A DNA stretch of 50,246 nt, taken from Eggerthella sp. CAG:209. Its GTDB lineage: Bacteria > Actinomycetota > Coriobacteriia > Coriobacteriales > Eggerthellaceae. Below the pieces are notes generated by a model, which did no database searches, was not told where the DNA came from, and saw only the letters and a list, made by a program, of their open reading frames with translations. The DNA lies in assembly GCA_000436075.1 (NCBI GenBank), contig FR884640.1, positions 18,367 to 68,612 on the forward strand, written 5' to 3'. Shown piece after piece: positions 33,354 through 41,440 of this stretch (position 1 is the first letter of the stretch; every line of letters begins with the position of its first letter). The position numbers and the translations under genes were made by a program.

Positions 33354-33458
33354 GTATATTCGGCGGTCGGCAATGGAGGCCATTGCTGCTCGCGCACCTG
33401 AAAAGCGGGTGCAAAGAGGCTTTGCGCAATAGGGCGCAAGGGAAGTGAAAGAAAAAAG

Positions 33459-35663
33459 ATGGACATTATTACTGAATCGTTCGACCTCTACGGAAAGCAT
33501 TACACCCTTTCCACCGGCGAGCTTGCAAAGCAGGCTTCTGGTGCCGTGAAGGTCACCTGCGGTGACACCACCGTATTGGTTACTGCTGTGATTTCCGAGC
33601 AGGAGAAGGATTATGACTTTTTCCCGCTGACTGTTGATTTCATGGAAAAGATGTATGCGGTAGGTCGTATTCCTGGTGGTTACCTGAAGCGCGAAGCAAA
33701 GCCTTCCGACAAGGGTATCCTGACGGCTCGTATGATCGACCGTCCAATCCGCCCTGGTTTCGTTGATGGTTTTAAGCAGGAAGTTCACGTGGTTGCCACT
33801 ACGTTGGTTGTTGATGGCGAGCATCAGCCCGACACCATCTCTGTAGCAGGTGCTTCTGCGGCTCTCATGGTGGCTAGCGCGCCTTTCGATGGCCCTGCTG
33901 CGTGCGTTCGCATCGGTCGCAATATCGATACCGGCGAGTTCATCGTTAACCCGACCTATGAGGAAGAAGAGAATTCCGATCTCGAGCTGACCATTGCAGG
34001 TACCAAGGATTATATCTCCATGGTTGAGGCTGGTGCTCAGGAGATTACCGAAGAGGACATGCTTGCAGCCATGACTTTTGGTCAGGAAGCAATTGCGGCG
34101 TTCTGTGAAAAGCAAGCCGAATTCTTGGCTAAGGTCGATCCGCAGCCTAAGGAATGGCCTATTCATGTTGCCGATCCTTCTATCGCAGAGCGTGTCGACA
34201 ATCATTTCGATGAAATGTCGGCCGCATTGAAGGATGCAGACAAGCTTGCTCGTATGGCAAAGGTCGAAGAACTGAAGAATTCCGTTAAGGAAAACGACTT
34301 CACCGAGGAAGAACGTGCTGCTTGGGGTTCCGATATTGCTGCTGCATTGAAGTCACTCGAAAAGCATGCAATGCGTAAGATGGTTATTGAAACGGGCGAG
34401 CGTGCTGACGGTCGTTCTAGCACCGAAATTCGTCCTTTGTACATTAAGGCTGGCTATCTCCCTCGTGTTCACGGTTCTGGTCTTTTCCAGCGTGGTCAAA
34501 CCCAGGCTCTCTCTATTGCGACGCTTGGCATGCTCAACGAATGGCAGCGCCTCGATACTATCGATCCTGCAGAGGGTAAGCGTTATATGCATCAATACAA
34601 CTTCCCGCCGTACTGCACTGGCGAGGTTGGTCGTATGGGTGCACCTAAGCGTCGTGAAATCGGTCATGGTGCCTTGGCTGAGCGCGCGCTCCTGCCTGTT
34701 CTCCCTGATGAGGAAGAATTTCCTTACGCTATTCGCGTAGTTTCCGAGATCATGGAATCTAACGGTTCTTCTTCCATGGCTTCTACCTGTGGCTCTACCC
34801 TCGCTTTGATGGATGCTGGCGTGCCTATCAAGGCTCCCGTCGCTGGCATTGCAATGGGTCTTATCAAGGAAGGCGATGACATCGTCATCCTCTCCGACAT
34901 TCAGGGTCTTGAAGACTTCCTTGGCGACATGGACTTTAAAGTTTGCGGTACGGAGCATGGCATCACTGCACTCCAGATGGACAACAAGGCCAAGGGTCTT
35001 TCTGTTGATATCTTGGCCCGTGCTCTGGCTCAGGCTAAGGAGGGTCGCGCCTTTATCATGAAGGCGATGCTCGAGGCAATCGATGCTCCTCGTGCGGAAC
35101 TTTCTCCTTACGCTCCTCACATTGAGACCATCCATATTCCTTCCGATAAGATTCGTGATGTTATCGGTTCTGGTGGCAAGGTTATTCGAGGTCTTCAGGA
35201 TGAGACGAATACCACTATCGAGATCGAAGAAGATGGCACCGTCCGTATTGCTTCCATCGATGCCGAAGGTGGCGCTGCTGCCAAGGCGGCTATCTTGGGT
35301 ATCGTCAAGGTTCCCGAGGTCGGAGAAGTGTATGACGGCGAAGTCGTTGGCATTAAGGATTTTGGCGCATTTGTTCGTCTTACTCCCGGCAAGGATGGTT
35401 TGCTCCATATTTCTCGTATGGCTAATGGCCGTGTGGGCAAGGTTGAAGATGTTCTTAACATCGGAGACATCGTTAAGGTTGAGGTCATTGAGGTTAGCGA
35501 TAGCGGCAAGATCAGCCTTGATCGTGTCGATAAGCCCGATGTGGTTAGCTCCGAGCGCCCTTCTCGCCACCACGATGATGGTGACCGACGCGGTAAGCGT
35601 GAAGGCAGCAATGGCGGTCGCAAACCCCGTCGTCGTCACAATGGTGACCATACCGAGCACTAG
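33459..35663 (+). CDS. pnp: polyribonucleotide nucleotidyltransferase (PNPase)
   Basis: DFFPLTV, RREIGHGALAERA, SNGSSSMAS, GDMDFKV, KH and S1 domains. Confidence 0.98.
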   Translation: MDIITESFDLYGKHYTLSTGELAKQASGAVKVTCGDTTVLVTAVISEQEKDYDFFPLTVDFMEKMYAVGRIPGGYLKREAKPSDKGILTARMIDRPIRPGFVDGFKQEVHVVATTLVVDGEHQPDTISVAGASAALMVASAPFDGPAACVRIGRNIDTGEFIVNPTYEEEENSDLELTIAGTKDYISMVEAGAQEITEEDMLAAMTFGQEAIAAFCEKQAEFLAKVDPQPKEWPIHVADPSIAERVDNHFDEMSAALKDADKLARMAKVEELKNSVKENDFTEEERAAWGSDIAAALKSLEKHAMRKMVIETGERADGRSSTEIRPLYIKAGYLPRVHGSGLFQRGQTQALSIATLGMLNEWQRLDTIDPAEGKRYMHQYNFPPYCTGEVGRMGAPKRREIGHGALAERALLPVLPDEEEFPYAIRVVSEIMESNGSSSMASTCGSTLALMDAGVPIKAPVAGIAMGLIKEGDDIVILSDIQGLEDFLGDMDFKVCGTEHGITALQMDNKAKGLSVDILARALAQAKEGRAFIMKAMLEAIDAPRAELSPYAPHIETIHIPSDKIRDVIGSGGKVIRGLQDETNTTIEIEEDGTVRIASIDAEGGAAAKAAILGIVKVPEVGEVYDGEVVGIKDFGAFVRLTPGKDGLLHISRMANGRVGKVEDVLNIGDIVKVEVIEVSDSGKISLDRVDKPDVVSSERPSRHHDDGDRRGKREGSNGGRKPRRRHNGDHTEH

Positions 35664-35744
35664 GATATAATCATCTTCTGATTGCTCTACTGGGCGTTTG
35701 TCTACCCTGTGAGAGCGATAGGATGGTTATTGATAAGCGGATCT

Positions 35745-35785
35745 GAGAGCCCTCTGACCCTGTAATGGGGCAGAGGGCTCTCTTT
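35745..35785 (+). terminator. strong hairpin after pnp, probable terminator
   Basis: GAGAGCCCTCTG / CAGAGGGCTCTC perfect 12-bp stem followed by only TTT. Confidence 0.6.
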
Positions 35786-35804
35786 CGAAGAAGAGGTTTA
35801 TTGT

Positions 35805-36050
35805 ATGTCTACGTTTATTACTCGTGGTACCTGTTCTAAGGCCATTAATTTTGATATTGAAGATGGCAAGGTTGCCAATGTGTCTTTTCAAGGCGGCTGC
35901 AATGGCAACACTAAGGGTATTTCCATGCTTGTAGAGGGTATGCCTGTCGAGGAAGTTATCGACAAGCTCGAAGGTATTACCTGCGGTCCTCGTAAAACGA
36001 GTTGTCCCGATCAGCTTGCAAAAGCCCTGAAGGAAAGCATTGAGTCATAG
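35805..36050 (+). CDS. small TSCPD-domain protein (TIGR03905-like)
   Basis: GTCSKAI..FQGGCNGN..GITCGPRKTSCPDQLA. Confidence 0.85.
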   Translation: MSTFITRGTCSKAINFDIEDGKVANVSFQGGCNGNTKGISMLVEGMPVEEVIDKLEGITCGPRKTSCPDQLAKALKESIES

Positions 36051-36077
36051 ATTTAGATTGGAAGGGTTGGCGCGCGT

Positions 36078-37337
36078 ATGAGCCAGCAATGTAAAACTGT
36101 TTTGGATAATGGCATGACGGTCATTAGCCGAACGATGCCTGATGTTCGCTCGGTTTCTTTGGGCCTCTGGTTCAACGTTGGCTCACGTGATGAGCGTCCC
36201 GACCAGGCGGGTCTTACTCATTTTATGGAGCACATGATGTTCAAGGGGACGCCTACTAAAGGCCCCTTGGATATTTCGATGCATTTTGATCGCCTGGGGG
36301 CAGAGCTTAACGCTTTTACCTCAAAAGAATACACCTGTTACTATGCTCGCTTTGTTGATGACAAGCTTGAGGACGCCCTTTCTGTTTTGGCGGAGATGGT
36401 GATTGAGTCAAATTTTTCTCAGGATGCCATTGATACTGAACGTGAAGTAGTGATTGAAGAGATTGCGCGTTCCGAAGACACCCCCGATGATTATGTCTAT
36501 GAGCTATATTCTCAGAGCAACTTGCCTAATCATCCTTGCGGCTTGCCTGTTTTGGGAACTCGAGATCGAGTTGGCAGTTATCGACATGCCGATTGCGTCG
36601 ATTTCCATGCTGAGCATTACCATGCCGGAAACCTCACCCTAGCTGCTGCGGGCAACGTGGACCATAATCAGTTGCTGACATTGGCAAAGCGATACTTTGC
36701 TTCCATGAAACCCGGTAAAAAGGAGCATCGAAAGCTTCTTCAGCCTCAATTCTCCTCAGGTTTATTTAGCCAGAAGCGCGATATAGAGCAAGCCCATATT
36801 GTGTATGGTGTACCCTGGCTGCCCCTGGGAAACGAACGGCGATATATTGCCACGGTGCTCACCACCATTCTTGGCGGTTCTATGTCTTCGCGTTTGTTTC
36901 AGGAAGTACGCGAAAAGCGCGGTCTTGTATATTCGATTTATGCGATGCAAGCTGGCTATCAGGGTGTTGGGCAGTGGTGTATTTATGCTGGCACACGACC
37001 TTCCAACACTCAGGAAGTTATGCAGCTTATCCGTTCTGAGCTGGACGCGATTGCTCAAGACTATGTTTCTGAGGATGAGCTTTCTCGCAATATTGACCTT
37101 ATCTGCGGACAGCTCCTTCTTGGCTTGGAGTCGACCAATTCTCATATGGTTCGATTGGGAAAACGCGAGACTCTCGGTTTGGAGCAAACTACCCCCGAAC
37201 AGCAAACGGAAGGATACCGGTCCGTCACTAAGCAGCAGGTGCTCGATATGGCTCAAGAGCTCCTCTCGGCTGAGCCGGCCATTGCTGTGATATCGCCTTA
37301 TAGTCAAGAAGAGCTTTCGGATCTTGTTTTTGGCTAA
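36078..37337 (+). CDS. M16 family zinc peptidase
   Basis: HFMEHMMFKGT (HxxEH), NAFTSKE, SSRLFQEVREKRGLVY; common between pnp and dapB. Confidence 0.93.
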   Translation: MSQQCKTVLDNGMTVISRTMPDVRSVSLGLWFNVGSRDERPDQAGLTHFMEHMMFKGTPTKGPLDISMHFDRLGAELNAFTSKEYTCYYARFVDDKLEDALSVLAEMVIESNFSQDAIDTEREVVIEEIARSEDTPDDYVYELYSQSNLPNHPCGLPVLGTRDRVGSYRHADCVDFHAEHYHAGNLTLAAAGNVDHNQLLTLAKRYFASMKPGKKEHRKLLQPQFSSGLFSQKRDIEQAHIVYGVPWLPLGNERRYIATVLTTILGGSMSSRLFQEVREKRGLVYSIYAMQAGYQGVGQWCIYAGTRPSNTQEVMQLIRSELDAIAQDYVSEDELSRNIDLICGQLLLGLESTNSHMVRLGKRETLGLEQTTPEQQTEGYRSVTKQQVLDMAQELLSAEPAIAVISPYSQEELSDLVFG

Positions 37338-37479
37338 TTCCCTAATTCGTTACGTTGTTGGTAGCTCTAGTCTTGCTTGGTGGCATTTAAGTCGCCTACG
37401 AGTGCTTAACATATTTGAATCATTTAAGTCGTATAGTTGCGATTAGTTGCCTGAAATGGGTATTTGAATAGGAGTACGT

Positions 37480-38244
37480 ATGATTTCTGTTGCTGTTGCT
37501 GGTTATGCCGGCCGCATGGGTTCCGCTGTCGTGGATGCGGTCACCGCTGCTAAGGACATGGGAGTGGTATGCGGGATTGACCCGTTTGGTGGAGAAGCAC
37601 CTTTTGCTACCTATAAAAGCATTGATGACGCACTTCAGGGTTCATCCTTTGATGTTTTAGTCGATTTTACCCAGCCTAGCGTTGTTGCTAAGACTTTGGA
37701 AAAGGCCTTGCCGGCAGGCGTGGATTGCGTTGTGGGAACAACGGGGATGAGCGATGATACCCTCAATGCTCTTGCTGCGAGCGCTAAACCTGGCACATGC
37801 TTATTTTATGCTCCAAATTTCACCACTGGTGCGGTGCTTATGATGGAATTCGCCAAAGCTGCCGCTCCTTACTTCCCTGAATCGGAGGTTATTGAATTCC
37901 ATCACTGCAATAAGAAAGATGCGCCAAGCGGCACTGCGGTGCGCACTGCTCAGATAATCTCTCGTTCCAGAGATTTCACCAGCGTTGCTCCTGGCGCTGA
38001 AACCGAGATTGATGGATGTGAAGGTGCGCGCGGGGCATTGGTGGAAGGTGTCCCGGTGCATTCTGTACGTTCAATGGGGTACGTTGCGAGTCAAGAAGTG
38101 ATTTTCGGATCGATGGGGCAGACGCTGACTATTCGTCACGATTCATGGGATCGTGCTTCCTATATGCCAGGTGTTCTCCTTGGTATCCGTTCGGTAGGCA
38201 AATGCAGCGGCTTAGTCGTTGGTTTGGAAAACTTCATGGCATAG
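37480..38244 (+). CDS. dapB: 4-hydroxy-tetrahydrodipicolinate reductase
   Basis: GYAGRMG, VDFT, GTTG, EFHHCNKKDAPSGTA. Confidence 0.96.
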   Translation: MISVAVAGYAGRMGSAVVDAVTAAKDMGVVCGIDPFGGEAPFATYKSIDDALQGSSFDVLVDFTQPSVVAKTLEKALPAGVDCVVGTTGMSDDTLNALAASAKPGTCLFYAPNFTTGAVLMMEFAKAAAPYFPESEVIEFHHCNKKDAPSGTAVRTAQIISRSRDFTSVAPGAETEIDGCEGARGALVEGVPVHSVRSMGYVASQEVIFGSMGQTLTIRHDSWDRASYMPGVLLGIRSVGKCSGLVVGLENFMA

Positions 38245-38300
38245 CGCCGTACAACATGCAATAATGAGCCACGTTGAATTAGCGAATGAAGGAGTTACAC

Positions 38301-39203
38301 ATGACCGCTGCAAATGAGCCACGCTTTGGTCGCATGATTCCCGCAATGGTTACCCCATTTGACGAGAATCTTGAGCTCGACCTAGATCAGGTACGTGCTT
38401 TGGCTCGCCGCCTTGTAGACGGCGGAAGCGATGCTCTTATCGTTAATGGCACCACAGGCGAAAGCCCTACGGTGTTCTATCCTCAGAAGATGAAGCTGTT
38501 TGAAGCAGTTCTTTCTGAAGTTAAGGGTGAAGTGCCGGTTATCGCCAATGTTGGAGATAATTGCACCGCTGATACGGTTGATTTTGCCCGTGATGTTCAG
38601 AAACTCGGCGTTGATGCGTTTATGTTGGTGGTTCCTTACTATAACAAGCCCCCGCAAGAAGGCCTCTATCAGCACTTTAAGACTATTGCGGATGCTGTCG
38701 ACCTTCCTATTATTCTGTATAACATCCCCGGTCGTACTGGTATCAACATGACGCCTGAAACAACGTTACGACTTGCCAACGATTGCGATAACATCGTTGC
38801 CGTCAAGGAAGCTTCTGGCGATCTTAATCAGGTTGCAGAGATTATCGCTAATGCGCCCGAAGGATTCGACGTGTATTCTGGCGATGATTCCCTTACTTAC
38901 GACATGATGAAATTAGGTGCCGCTGGCGTAATTTCCACAACAGGCAATGTTGCGCCTGATCGCATGAAGGAAATTACCACCCTTTGTGCCGAGGGGAGAT
39001 TTGATGAGGCTGCGGTTGCCAATGAAAAGCTCCTGCCCTTGATGAATGAGCTTTTTGTTACGGCTAATCCGATTATGGTCAAGGAGGCACTGAATCTTTC
39101 CGGCTTCCACGTTGGCGGAGTTCGTCTTCCTTTGGTAGACGCCACTCCTGAGCAATCTGATCATTTGGCTCAGGTAATGCGCGAGGTTGGTGTTTTGAAG
39201 TAA
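38301..39203 (+). CDS. dapA: 4-hydroxy-tetrahydrodipicolinate synthase
   Basis: AMVTPF, GTTGESPT, PYYNKP, LYNIPGRT, KEASG; ATG 38301 after AAGGAG. Confidence 0.96.
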   Translation: MTAANEPRFGRMIPAMVTPFDENLELDLDQVRALARRLVDGGSDALIVNGTTGESPTVFYPQKMKLFEAVLSEVKGEVPVIANVGDNCTADTVDFARDVQKLGVDAFMLVVPYYNKPPQEGLYQHFKTIADAVDLPIILYNIPGRTGINMTPETTLRLANDCDNIVAVKEASGDLNQVAEIIANAPEGFDVYSGDDSLTYDMMKLGAAGVISTTGNVAPDRMKEITTLCAEGRFDEAAVANEKLLPLMNELFVTANPIMVKEALNLSGFHVGGVRLPLVDATPEQSDHLAQVMREVGVLK

Positions 39204-39228
39204 GCTTCGGCATTTGTCATACGTTTCC

Positions 39229-39257
39229 AAAAGCGAGGTTTCGACCTCGCTTTTTTT
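39229..39257 (+). terminator. rho-independent terminator after dapA
   Basis: AAAAGCGAGGT-TTCG-ACCTCGCTTTTTTT (UUCG loop). Confidence 0.92.
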
Positions 39258-39494
39258 GTATATTTTTCACTTTGCGTTTGTTTAGACTGCGGCTAATTCT
39301 GTTGGATTCTTTTCAGGGAAGATAGGGAAGAATTCATGGATGATTAACATATTTGAGTTGGGAACGTTATTATTAATTAGTTAATCTATGCGTTATTTGC
39401 GCACTGCTTTGGTCTGCAGATGGGCCTGTCTTGCTAGGTATTAGAGGGCCTCATCTTATATATGAAGTACAAACACAGAATGAAAAGGAATCTT

Positions 39495-41378
39495 ATGGCT
39501 GAAGAAATCAATGAGCCTAAAAATATTCAGGGTAAACCCCAAGCAACAGAATCGGTGAAGCATGTTCACCTTGAGCGGAAGCGTCCAAAATTATCGAAAT
39601 TTGACGACGAGAATCCGAAGAATGCTAAAGATAAAAGCTCCGAGGCAGGTAAAAAACATCATTCCCAAAATTCAAATCGCGGAAAAAAATCTGCCCAGCA
39701 TAACCACGCGGGCAAGCGGGATCCTAAGGCTAAACTTCGCATAATCCCCTTAGGCGGTCTGGATGCTATCGGCAAGAACATGACCGCTTTCGAATGCGCT
39801 AACGATATGGTGCTTGATGATGCTGGCCTTATGTTCCCCGATGACAATCATCCAGGTGTTGACCTGATTCTGCCTGATTATTCATATGTTCTTGAGCATG
39901 CTGATAAGTTGCGCGGAATAGTAATTACCCACGGGCACGAGGACCACACGGGCTCTTTGCCGTATTTGCTTAAAGATCTTGATCGCAAGGTTCCTATTTA
40001 CGCAACCAAGCTTACTCTTGGCCTTATCGAGGGCAAGCTTAAGGAGCATAAGATCAAGAATGCTAAGTTATGCGAAATAAAGCCTGGCCAGTCTATTAAG
40101 CTTGGATGCATTACTGCCGAGTTTTTCTCCGTCAATCATTCTATTCCCGGTGCAGTTGGTGTATTTTTCCGCACTCCTGCTGGCAATGTGCTTCATACAG
40201 GCGACTTTAAACTGGATCAAAGTCCTATTGATGGGGTTCGTACTGACTTCGCCGCTCTCTCCCGCTTTAGCGAAGAGGGCGTTGACTTGATGATGTCGGA
40301 TTCTACCAATGCCACCAATCCGAATTTCACCCCCTCCGAAGCGGAAGTCGGCAAAGTTCTTGACTCTATCATTTCTCGGGCCAAGGGTCGTGTTATCGTT
40401 GCTTCCTTTGCTTCTCATATTCATCGCATGCAGCAGATCTGCAATGCGGCGGTGCGTAATGGGCGCAAGGTTGCTGTCACTGGTCGCTCTATGGTTCAGA
40501 ATACCGACATTGCGCGTCGCCTAGGGTATTTAAAGATCGCTGATAAGGACATTATCGATGCGTACGATCTGAAAGGCTGTCCTCCTGATTCGTATGTAGT
40601 TATGTGCACGGGCTCGCAGGGCGAACCGCTTTCTGCACTTGCTCGAATTGCAAGTGATAACCACAAGACTATTTCGGTTGATGAAGGCGATACGGTTATT
40701 ATTTCGGCTACGCCTGTGCCCGGTAATGAAAAAGCCGTAACTAAGGTAACGAATGACTTGGCTAAGATTGGAGCGGATGTTTACGACAAAAGCCGTGCCC
40801 GTGTTCACGTTTCGGGCCATGCTTCAGCGGAGGAACTGAAGCTTGTTCTTTCCATCGTTCAGCCTAAGTACTTTATGCCAGTCCATGGCGAGGCCACTCA
40901 CTTACGGGCTCACGCTGCGTTGGCTGAAGCTACAGGCGTTCAGAAAAAGAATATCTTCATTTGTGAAAACGGCGAATCTCTTGAGTTGACCCCAAAGGGG
41001 GTTCGTCGAGGAAAGCCTGTTCCGAGCGGTATTATCTTGGTCGATGGATTAAGCGTTGGCGATACCTCCGAGTTTGTTTTGAACGAAAGAACGAATCTTG
41101 GTTCACAAGGCGTTGCAGTTATTGCCTGCGCCGTCAATGCGGAATCACACGATTTGCTCAGTGGCGTTCAGGTGGAAATGCATGGTATTCCTGGCGGTGA
41201 TGAGCCCCAATTCGTTGAAGCTGTAACGAATGCGGTTTCGAGCGCATTGAAGCGATCTCTTTCAAAGAACGAAGAGTCGCGTGCCGTAAAGCGTGCCGCT
41301 CGAAGCGCTTTGCTTTCAATTCTTTGGGAGCGCACCAATCAGCGCCCTCTAGTGGTAATCAACATCCTCGAGGTCTAG
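39495..41378 (+). CDS. rnj: ribonuclease J
   Basis: IPLGGLDAIGKNM, ITHGHEDHTG, HTGDFK, GSQGEP, HVSGHA, PVHGE; ATG 39495 after AAAGGAA. Confidence 0.96.
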   Translation: MAEEINEPKNIQGKPQATESVKHVHLERKRPKLSKFDDENPKNAKDKSSEAGKKHHSQNSNRGKKSAQHNHAGKRDPKAKLRIIPLGGLDAIGKNMTAFECANDMVLDDAGLMFPDDNHPGVDLILPDYSYVLEHADKLRGIVITHGHEDHTGSLPYLLKDLDRKVPIYATKLTLGLIEGKLKEHKIKNAKLCEIKPGQSIKLGCITAEFFSVNHSIPGAVGVFFRTPAGNVLHTGDFKLDQSPIDGVRTDFAALSRFSEEGVDLMMSDSTNATNPNFTPSEAEVGKVLDSIISRAKGRVIVASFASHIHRMQQICNAAVRNGRKVAVTGRSMVQNTDIARRLGYLKIADKDIIDAYDLKGCPPDSYVVMCTGSQGEPLSALARIASDNHKTISVDEGDTVIISATPVPGNEKAVTKVTNDLAKIGADVYDKSRARVHVSGHASAEELKLVLSIVQPKYFMPVHGEATHLRAHAALAEATGVQKKNIFICENGESLELTPKGVRRGKPVPSGIILVDGLSVGDTSEFVLNERTNLGSQGVAVIACAVNAESHDLLSGVQVEMHGIPGGDEPQFVEAVTNAVSSALKRSLSKNEESRAVKRAARSALLSILWERTNQRPLVVINILEV

Positions 41379-41440
41379 AGATCCAGGCCTCAGGGCCTCA
41401 TGCGAAGCTAAACTCACCCTAAACGCACGAAAGGTTTCGA

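Noticed and set aside
34353..35660. 435-aa antisense ORF over pnp, and similar long minus-strand ORFs over carA, carB, thiI, dnaJ and phoH
   Set aside because: Shadow frames of highly biased coding genes, with no recognisable motifs and full overlap with confident CDSs
37380..37408. GTGGCATTT...GAGTGCTTA upstream of dapB resembling CIRCE, plus a short direct repeat CATTTAAGTCG (37384, 37421)
   Set aside because: 11-nt spacer and a poor left arm. Two copies of an 11-mer are not enough to call a regulatory site or array
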